A DNA stretch of 64,000 bases from Lytechinus pictus. Lineage: Eukaryota. Of the stretch, positions 54,874 through 64,000 are shown piece after piece (the first letter of the stretch is position 1; each line of letters begins with the position of its first letter). The notes under the pieces were generated by a model that was given only the letters and a program-made list of their open reading frames with translations, was not told where the DNA came from and did not search any database. The DNA lies in NCBI RefSeq assembly GCF_037042905.1, contig NC_087262.1, forward strand, positions 13,516,001 through 13,580,000, read 5' to 3'. Position numbers and translations under genes: made by a program.

Positions 54874-55470
54874 TTAAAGGACAAGTTCACCCCAACAAAA
54901 AGTTGATTTGAATAAAAAGAGAAAAATCCAACAAGCATAACACTGAAAATTTCATCAAAATCGGATGTAAAATAAGAAAGTTATGACATTTCAAAGTTTC
55001 GCTTAATTTCACAATATAGTTATATACACATCCTGGCTGGTATGCAAATGAGGAGACTATGAAGTCATCCACTCACTATTTCTTTTGTATTGTATTATAT
55101 GAAATATAATTATATTCTAATTTTTCTCCTCATTGTCAAGTGATACAACGATTAATTCCTCCCTGAACATGTTGAAGTAGCATTGTTTAATACTATATGG
55201 TTCAGTCAAGTTCCTTATTGTCAAATTTATAAAAAATGAAATATTGTGTAATTCAAACAATAAAAAACAAAAGAAAAAGTGAGTGATGGACACCATCGAC
55301 TGACTCACCTAATTGTGCATATCACTGTTTTGTGAAAAATAAGCGAAACTTTAGAATTTCATAACTTTCTTATTTCACATCCGATTTTGATGAAATTTTC
55401 AGCACTATGCTAGTTTGATTTTTCTCTATTTATTCAAGTCAAATTTTTCTGGGGTGGACATGACCTTTAA
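54874..55470 (-). mobile_element. Kolobok-like TTAA MITE, family A, copy 4
   Basis: TTAA-AGGACAAGTTCACCCC...GGGGTGGACATGACCT-TTAA; core inverted relative to copy 3. Confidence 0.85.
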
Positions 55471-57289
55471 ATTACTAGTACCCATATTTAAAGATACGAG
55501 AGGTTCGTATGTTCAAAATCCCGCAGAGGCACGCTGTTCTTTAGCATGTTTAGCAAAGGATTATTCTCGATTGCTCATGTTTATAATATTTGGAATAGGT
55601 GGCGTCTGACAGGGCTGCTGTTTAACAAAATAACAAAACGCGCATTATTTCTCGCGACTGAGGATCAACATATATGTATATCTTGTATTATTTAAGTGTC
55701 AACCTTAGAAAGTGAACATGGCCTTTCACCTTTTCTAGTCGCAAACAACACAATTTGTTTCCCTTTAGCTGTGTAGGCATTTGTTCTGATTTTTTTTTCC
55801 TATTTATAAGTTATACATGTAAAAAAAAATCTGTCTTCCGGACTTTAAATACATTTTTTCAGACCAAACAAGCTTGTTGACAAGCTCCTTAAATCTATAA
55901 TTTCCACTCGTGAGCCAATAAAGGGCTTCCGTCTAATATAGAATGACCGTTTCGTGTAAGCATGGGAACAGCTAGTATCGATTTCGAAGCTCTCCAAAGA
56001 TTTTGTTTGTCCCGGGTCTTTTCCAGCAAACCACCTGCTCGTAAAATCCATAACACGACAGAATCTTAAGTAGGAAAACTGTCACATTTTATAAAAAGAA
56101 GAAGGATAAGGAGGTGTAGCCCGAGTGAGAACTAAATGACTGAGAAAAGGAAATAATGAAAAATGACTGCAAATAATCCCTTCCTCATGTTTTTCTTCAT
56201 GCTCTTCAAGTGCTTTGTTATAAGACAATCCAAATTCTCACACAATTTCTCGAAGTTTATTTTTACCTCCGTTCCCCTTTTTTCAGTTTTCCTTTCCCGT
56301 CTTTCTCTGTCTCCCTCCTCTCCCTTTCCTAATGTAACTCGACCCTCTCCTTCTCTCCCACTCTCACTCTTGTTTTTGCATCCCCAATTCTCCTTTTCTC
56401 TTATGTCATCTAATTCTCCTCTTTCCCCTCTTTCCATCCCACTTCTCATTCGCGCTCTCTCTGTCCTCTATTGTTTAATAGAAACATCTAAAGTGAAAAT
56501 ATCATGTTTCATCAGAAAGTCAAATTAAAAAAATATATATAAAAATATATATCATTACATTTCCCACACACTCACCATGATGATTACATTTCATATTACA
56601 TGCATTACATTATATGAATAGACTCTGTTAAGCAAAATGTATACTCTTCTTTATAGAAATATCCTGGGATACACTCGAATCTTTTTTCAGACTATCTAGC
56701 AAAGATATAGCTAATTCAATGACGTCAAACACTAATCATGAGAGAAAACGCGCGTTCAATCTTACGAAAGAGTCATATTTCAACTTTCTCTCCATTTATC
56801 CCCTTTCCCTTTTCCCTCTTTCTGTTCATAAAACTTGCTTTTCTTTCTTCATGAGGCGGAAGGCCATCGCCGATGGCTTTCAACACGAAATAGGTCAAGT
56901 GATCATGTGCTTGAGATTTCTTCCTTTTTCCTTTTCTATCATTTTTCACAACGACGGTATTTTTGTGTTTCTTTTTTCCTATACCTACGTGTGAGGAATC
57001 GCACTAGATGCTATACGAGGAGGGTAGTTATCTTTGCCGAGCTGTGGAATGCTTTTGGGTGTATTCACGCGCCAGAGATGCTCAGCCTGGTGTTAAACTG
57101 CAGGCAATGCAGCAAAGCGTACTCTATTTGCTGGTAAAATAAGCACGCGTATTTATTTACCAAAGGCATTTCTTGTTTTGCCTGCTTATGGCTACCTTCC
57201 CTGTAGTATACATGACTTTTGTATGCAGTCTCTCCAATATTAACGGTGATACAGGCTACTGCGCATACCTCCTGAAACTATCATTAGAT

Positions 57290-57566
57290 CTGGGGCCTGT
57301 CTTACAAAGACTTACGATTGATCCAATCAATCATAGCTCTATGGAAATCCATCAGTGTCATAATTTTTTCTAAGGAAATTTGCAAAATGTCCTTTGTAAA
57401 CCATGGAGAACACATCAAATTGTCAAGAAATCAATGAATTTATGGATATACATTCATATCTAGAAAATATTTTGAACAAACATGCATTTTTACATGTTGA
57501 CTTTGCTAGCTTTCCATAGTTGCGATTGATCAGATCAATCGCAACTCTTTGTAAGACGGGCCTCAG
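57290..57566 (-). mobile_element. GGGCCCGTCTTACAAAG MITE, copy 2
   Basis: CTG-GGGCCTGTCTTACAAAG...CTTTGTAAGACGGGCCT-CAG; CWG flanks; shorter degenerate relative at ~44004-44160. Confidence 0.75.
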
Positions 57567-57641
57567 GTCTCTACTACGTGTTATTTGTCTTTGATGATGT
57601 TAACTTTGGCTGGTTATAAATGTTTCAGGTCATTGGCCTTA

Positions 57642-57791
57642 TACCTCAGTCACATTTGCTGTACGGCGGCCTGATACGGCGAGTCGAAAACGGCCGTATT
57701 ATTCATTCATAACAATATGCAGGTATTACAAAAATGTTAAATGTTTTTCGACTCGCCGTACGGCCACCGTAGAACAAATATGACTGAGGTG
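57642..57791. mobile_element. Foldback MITE with TTA TSD (Harbinger-like)
   Basis: TTA-TACCTCAGTCACATTTG...CAAATATGACTGAGGTG-TTA; inner arms TACGGCGAGTCGAAAA / TTTTCGACTCGCCGTA. Confidence 0.75.
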
Positions 57792-57795
57792 TTAA

Positions 57796-57907
57796 TGCCG
57801 CAGTCACACCAACGAAACCGACCCTGACAGACCAAATTTATTACGTTAATTATCAGTGATATACAATCGATTGATGTGGAGTCAGTCTCCTTGGTGTGAA
57901 CGTAGCC
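57796..57907. mobile_element. Short AGTCACACC MITE family (Harbinger-like)
   Basis: AGTCACACCAACGAAACCGACCC...GGTGTGA; TAA/TTA flanks; further copies at 23075-23184, ~47248-47361 and ~62252-62363. Confidence 0.65.
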
Positions 57908-58036
57908 TTATTGGAAGATGTCTTCATGCCTTACCGTCGTTCCGTGTTTGATAATGGTTTCTTCGATTTCCTTTATCTATTTGCTTTATTTTCGCCCAAT
58001 GTCTCTAGTTTATCTCCGTAGTTTATAAGCCTGTCC

Positions 58037-58230
58037 TACACTCTAAAAAAAAAGTTTACCCAATATTGGGTAAAATGGGAACATGCATGTTGGTTGGGTA
58101 AAAAGATTTTCTACATTTTACGCAATGTAGCGTTCAAATAGCCCAATATGTGGTAAAAAATACCCAGCAATCATGCATGTTCCCTTTCTACCCAATATTG
58201 GGTAAAATTTCAATGTGTTTTTAGAGTGTA
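58037..58230. mobile_element. CACTCTAAAAA MITE (CCCAATATTGGG family)
   Basis: TA-CACTCTAAAAA...TTTTTAGAGTG-TA; palindrome TACCCAATATTGGGTA in both arms. Confidence 0.8.
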
Positions 58231-61200
58231 TATCTATATGTCTACCTTCTCAATGAGCCATAACCCCGCTCAACCTCTTTACATCTGTCTTATTATTCAC
58301 TTTTTACAATCAAGAAGCTGTTCACTCTGAATTTCACATAGACCATTATAGTCCGTCTTTTCCATTTCTTCGTGTTTAAAATTTCTATTTTACCACGTCC
58401 CTCTCCCCCTCCACCATTCCCCATCTCCCCCCTTCCCTCTCTCACCCCCTCTCTATCTCTCTCCCATTCTCTACCTCTTTGTTTATCGATGGCGCCCTGC
58501 CAGAGTTGGAATCAGCTGGAGACGCCAAAATCTGTACGACTATTTATTTTCATCTTTAATCATTGTAGGACTACTTGGATTTTCAAGGTTATAATATCAA
58601 GAGGATTTCTTTTGACTAGTATAAAAAAAATCATCTGAATTGTCGGCACGCTCGCTTTGCTCACTCTAAATATATCCGAATCACTTCAGCGTATACAATT
58701 TTTATTCAGCCCCCTTCCAAAAAAAATAAATTATTGCCCCATCTTTCAATTCCCTTTCTCACTTCCTGCCATTCCCTGAATATCCTTTTCCTCATCCACC
58801 ATCTTTTCCGAATCGATTGTTCCTTGTTGCCGTTTTTCCCCGATGTCTTTTGATAAATCCTCAATGTGATTACCCTAGACAGAATTAATCTAATTTTGCG
58901 AGAGATATCGGAAAATCAAGCCTCGTGGCGACTTTCTTGCAGAAATAAATCTCCCCAATGAATCTTTATCATTCGCTTGCGAGACAAGGGATTGTATCGT
59001 CAATTAAAAGGGGTTTAAGGGATTGATGTTCCAATATTTCGCCAGCATGTACCTTGATACATTCCTTCAAGAAAAATAGGGTGTGCCGTATACGGCGCCT
59101 ATCGTAGAGCTAGGCATGGCGATGTCCCCCATAATTAGCTGCATTCGACAAGTTCACGGAAATTTGGGTAACTTGGGGGCCCGTTGCACAATGAGCAAGA
59201 TGAGTTGTGCCTAATTGCAACTCACACAATCAAACGCAAGGCCCAAGGGCACGCTTTCGGTTGGTTGAAAAAATAACTTGCAATCAAACGCGTTTTCCTC
59301 TTGAAAAAAACACACACACACACACAAGCGCGCAATGAGGATTGGCAATAAAACTATTCCAGTCCATGGAAATGATTTTTTAATAAGGAGTGCTGTTTTG
59401 GAAAAAAAAATTGACCAAAAAAGGGGGAAAAGTGTTTCACTACAAAATGAAGATGATTTGGATCAGGACAAATTCGACAAGCAAGCCAAAAAGAAAATAA
59501 GGTTTCCATTATAAAATAAAGGTAATTTTGGTTTAATTCATTTCTTTATAGTAGATTTCCAGGTGTGCTGTCGATAGTGTTTAACACAGGCAGCATGCCC
59601 AGGACCGTAAACTCTTCCCTTCGTTAACACACACAAAAATAATTATCACTCGTTTTTCACTCCTTTTGGTAGTGCCGTAAAAAATACTCAATTTGGCGTG
59701 AATTTAGAGTGAACATACGAATTATTTAAATAATTTTAACTTAAAAAATGAGTGATATTCACACAACAAGCAAAATTTACTCTTAATCGAATGATCAACT
59801 TCCCAAAAGGAGTATATTTTTCACTCGATTTTTTTTTCAAGAGAGAGAGAGAGTATATAACCAAGGCCTCTTGGGTAGTTCAATTGCATTGTTCACGATT
59901 CATTCTCGGTTTCTAAAGTCGATAAAAGCCAGGTGCATTCACGGGAGATACAAGACTCTTACTTAAAAGAAATCAATTTAATCTTACCTTTCCGAGCATT
60001 GCACTTAAAGACTGGATCGTTGAGATACCAAATAGGTGTTGGCGAGGCCTTTACAGATATCGACGCTCACTCTCTTTTTCTACATCTGGTGCTAATAGCA
60101 CGCATTCAGCGCAGAAGTGATCTCTTTACACTCAACGAAATCACTGTTTACGTTCGAAGATGCTGGTTGTATACTTAGTCTTTTCATTTTCAAGTAATTG
60201 AGTGTTGTGAGAAAGTTGAAAGCAATGGAACAAAGGTTTGTTTCTTGCTACACCACACCGGCCAGCCTTAGATCAAATCCTATGGTTGTCTTTTCCGATC
60301 CCAACTGTTAATCCATCCCCGTTTTATAATATGATTACTGATTGTGATAAGCAGTCAATTGTTAATTACAGATAAAATAAATTAATAAGATTAATCGGCA
60401 GGAAAAAATACACCCTCATTGCCGTCTTGGAATCGTTTTCTTCCAAAATTATCCCTAATATTTATTTCAGGTGCAATTTGACTGTTCTTAGGCTATCATG
60501 TCTATAGGCCCAGACTGCCAGAAGCACCACCTAGAAATATTGTATCTTTGTCATCAAGCCGTACAAGTGGTGTTGACGACCCGTCGCGTTATCGATTCTA
60601 ATGGCATTGAACTTTATCAGAAAGGGGTAGAAAATAATTAATATCAGGTGGCATTACATATGTATCATTTTGTAATGATCAGTTTCTCACAGTCCGTGTA
60701 GAAACTGTATACACCATCCAAGTTATCACATAATTGTATATTTTATGTTTATTCTATTCCAACACGGTTAAACACACTTTATTGGCATTGCTCCTTTGAC
60801 TTGGTCTTTTAACTATCATCAACCTCTTTTCCTGGTATAAAAATCTCTAGAAAATTACTTACACAATCACCTCCCCCCCCCCCTCTCTCTCTCTCTTTCT
60901 CGTGATCCTTTACTCTGTAGCTCTTTACGGTCGGGTCATAACTCCTGACCAAAGAATTTGACGTGTACATTTGCTAAAAAAAGAAAATTAATTTCATTTC
61001 CAGTATTCCTTCGAAGCATTTTCCCCATATTTTTCCCGTTAGATTTCACATATTGTCATTCTCAATTTGTTTTATTACGCCACCATTTATATTTTTATTA
61101 TTTCCAAACTTTATATCACGCTGATTCTCTTGAAAGTAGTCAACTCTGCACCCTATTCCGACTCGTGGGCCATTTTAAAAACCCTCGTCGGGGACATTGT

Positions 61201-61412
61201 CTTACTCTGAAAGTGATATCTATGTTGCAAGTGACTATTTAGTGGTTACCGGGGTACAAATTCAAAATTCAAGATTTATTAATTCCGTTCGAAATAAAAT
61301 ACGCGTAAAAAAATACCACGCTGTGTTTTTTTTTTCGTGTAACAATTCTTTCGTTCCACATGTACTAACCGATTGACCTTTCCATAAACCACTTGTTCTC
61401 TCTCAATTGCAG

Positions 61413-61588
61413 TTTAAAGACCGTACCATTCACCCTTCCACCTGCCCCCATCCCACGGGAGCGCATCGGGGGCTTCACATTCCCCCCTCCGGCCTCACCC
61501 ATGCCTGACATGCTGGACCAGCCGGACATGAGAGGATCGGCCGAAAGGAGGCCCTCGGTCACCATGGAGCGGAGGCCGTCCTACGCAG
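61413..61588 (+). CDS. SYT15: Synaptotagmin-15-like gene, exon 3
   Basis: Acceptor ttctctctcaattgcag, donor CAG|GTAACC; AG+T = Ser joins exon 2 in frame; LKTVPFTLPPAPIPRERIGGFTFPPPASPMPDMLDQPDMRGSAERRPSVTMERRPSYA; VPFTLPP resembles SYT15 VPFVVPP; phase 2 to 1. Confidence 0.88.
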
Positions 61589-61861
61589 GTAACCATGACA
61601 ACGTATTAGCCATTCTGTGTTTATGGCTCACAAACTACAGGTGATGTTGTATTACCTTAAAACATATTCCGCATATCAAAATGTTTTGTTTTATTATTTT
61701 TTTCAAAAATTTCATTGGTAACGATCTCCACTTCTTTATGATAACTGGTTGTATTTACATTATACATATTGTCAGGAAAACAAACATCGGTGATTTAATT
61801 TACAAACTATTTTTACTATCCACCCATCTCCTTTGTTTCATTCTGATTTTTACTTATCCAG

Positions 61862-62080
61862 GATGCCAAGTCCCCATCATCAATCAAGAACAGCAAAAGG
61901 TCATCTCTTCGTCGTCGTCGGCGTACGATCAGGAGATCGATGGACGTCGCGATAGCGTGGGTACCCTTAGCCTATGCAGCGCGGATTCCACCGAGGGAGG
62001 TTCCCCTACCCACAATACCAGTTCACCCCGGACAAACTCCCGCAGACCGTCCGCCACGGATATCATGAGTCCGCCAGTTG
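61862..62080 (+). CDS. SYT15: Synaptotagmin-15-like gene, exon 4 (linker before C2A); gene continues beyond the window
   Basis: Acceptor tttttacttatccag, donor TTG|GTAAGT; G+GA = Gly in frame; CQVPIINQEQQKVISSSSSAYDQEIDGRRDSVGTLSLCSADSTEGGSPTHNTSSPRTNSRRPSATDIMSPPV; IINQEQQK resembles SYT15 AINPELYK. No C2 exon recognised in the window. Confidence 0.85.
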
Positions 62081-62406
62081 GTAAGTGATCAAAGAACCCA
62101 ATTAAATCACATTCACACTCATTTTATATTATAGCCCTCAGGCATATGACGTCATAATCTCATATCGCCCTCCCTCAGAGGATATAGGAGTACGCATGCG
62201 AAGCAATGGCTTCAGCCTCTAAGATGGCGGTGAGATGACACCATTGTATAAGGCCTAAAGTCACTCCAAGGGACCCAACACCAAACTGACCGATGATAAG
62301 CCATTGAAGAAAACGTAAAAGCTTTGATCGGTTTATGGTCGTTTGTTTGATGTGACTGCAGTATGAGCTATTTCAAACAGGGCCGTTTCATTAAGCTTTG
62401 CGCAAT

Positions 62407-62560
62407 CAGGGCGGAATCATTTCGTCCGCGGAAAATTTGACAAGCAAAAAAAATGGTCCTCACTTTCAAAAGAGGAGAGTAAAAACGGCAAAATTACATT
62501 ACAAATTTTGAATACATCTCTAAAAAGGGGGGCACATCCGGCCCTTTGGATCCGCCACTG
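62407..62560 (+). mobile_element. Degenerate hAT-like element related to 53529-53875
   Basis: CAGGGCGGAATC...GGATCCGCCACTG ends; shares AAAATTTGACAAGC(A)n. Similar relics at ~4786-5076 (reverse) and ~59380-59600. Confidence 0.55.
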
Positions 62561-64000
62561 AGTAATTTGTAACATGAAATATGATGTCGAACATTTTGCT
62601 TATTTTGACAAGTGAAAGTATTTCAATTGAGCACAATTGGATTTCACCTATTTCACTTCATGTATTTGACGAATAATGTTTTTCTCATTCACATTCCAGT
62701 TCATGGAATGAACTTGATTGAGAGTGAGATGATTTTTTTTATAGGATAAATTTGTTGGTAATAAGCTCTGGAATGTAAAACGCAAATACTACCAAACAGA
62801 TATCTAATGTAGATATGAACTTATTAATTTCAGCCCAAAAAGTAAAGATTATAATGTTATACTTTAAAATGGTGGTTCGAGTTCATGGGATTAGCAGCCG
62901 ATCATTCCTATGTGGAGGGTGTGGCAGGGAGCGGAGGCAGCAACAATGCAAAGGGGGCAAAGGTTCTGTTAAAAACCCCATCCGGTTCCTGAATGACGAT
63001 TTTGGTGGGTATTTTCTTGAAAAAAAGAGAATTTTCTTGAAAAAAAAAAGAGAGTTTGGGGAACCTCTCCCTCCTCTCCTCACTCCACCAGTTCATGATT
63101 AACTTTAGCTTTCCCTAATTGTTCCATTAACTCTTTCCTATCTTACATTCATAATTTTGAATGCGTCACAATGCGATTATTTGGCGTTTTCCATTGCGGT
63201 AGCTGCAAAAAGTTGTATTCTTTCTGATGGAAAACATTGTGATTACATACGAATTACCTTGCCCAGCTCTCTGTTTCCCATCCCTTTATTAACTAAATAA
63301 CTAATGCATAACCCTGTCATAATATCATTAAATATCGTTGAAGGAGGGAACATCGTGGCCTCGTTAGACCTTTTGAACTTTACCGCCGAGCACATTTATT
63401 GCATCATGAAGGCACATTAGACTCTCAAGGGCGTATTTAACCACTTAATGAAACAATTTATTGGAAGATGATACGATAAGGCTCAAACAGGGGCGGTACG
63501 AGAATACGCTGATTAGAAGGGGACGAACTAAGTATGAACACATAATATTTTTTCTCAACTGAATCGGGGTTCGGTGGCAGAGCGTCCTTGGTTTGATTAC
63601 CGGTCGAGTCTTACCCGGGACTTACCAAAGTCTTTTTTCTTTAAAATTTGACCCATTGCCTGTCTGGCGCTGGACGCATAAAAATGGAGAACGTTAATGA
63701 TAATAATCTTCTGAAGGGCCCCTGGAGATCAGTTCATAACAACTGAAGTGGCAACACTGAAAAGACTGACCATTGTATCAATAATAGGAGTGTATTTACA
63801 CGGCCTAGTCATGTTTAAAACTCTCCTTTCTTCTTCCTCCCCTTTCCTTCCTCTTAAATATTTTTCCCCCCTCAAATTCAAAGACGGGAGTCACCTCTGG
63901 GCACAAAGCTACTTGGGTTTGGACCCCTATTGTATAAGCCAATGTAGATAAGGAACATGAAAAACAAGCTAAGCAGTGTTTTTGTTCGTTAAAAAAAATA

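Noticed and set aside
53992-55470. piggyBac assignment for the TTAA-flanked family A
   Set aside because: Termini begin AGG rather than the CC(C/T) typical of piggyBac; Kolobok-like fits better.

Overview
AT-rich animal genomic DNA (repeat and microsatellite style suggests an echinoderm, probably a sea urchin; inference), with one 141-N gap. Almost all six-frame ORFs are spurious. The window holds the 5' part of one spliced + strand gene that the ORF track only partly shows: four phase-compatible coding exons (16502-16526, 48091-48283, 61413-61588, 61862-62080). They encode about 204 aa: an N-terminal transmembrane helix without a signal peptide, then RRKCGARMRYERL, VPFTLPP and a Ser-rich linker, matching synaptotagmin-15; the C2 domains should lie beyond the window. 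A triple-CCAAT promoter precedes exon 1. The rest is upstream DNA and long introns full of non-autonomous DNA transposons (Kolobok-, Tc1-, hAT-, CACTA- and Harbinger-like), SINE relics and simple repeats. The top finding is a 1231-bp element in intron 1 (32687-33917) with a perfect 5-bp CGCCG target duplication and CACAGTG at both ends, followed by nonamer-like motifs at 12 and 23 bp spacing: a Transib/RAG-like element with V(D)J RSS-like ends. About 250 bp downstream is a minimal hammerhead-ribozyme-like motif inside (TA)n. A 170-bp palindrome with nested covarying hairpins lies near exon 2.
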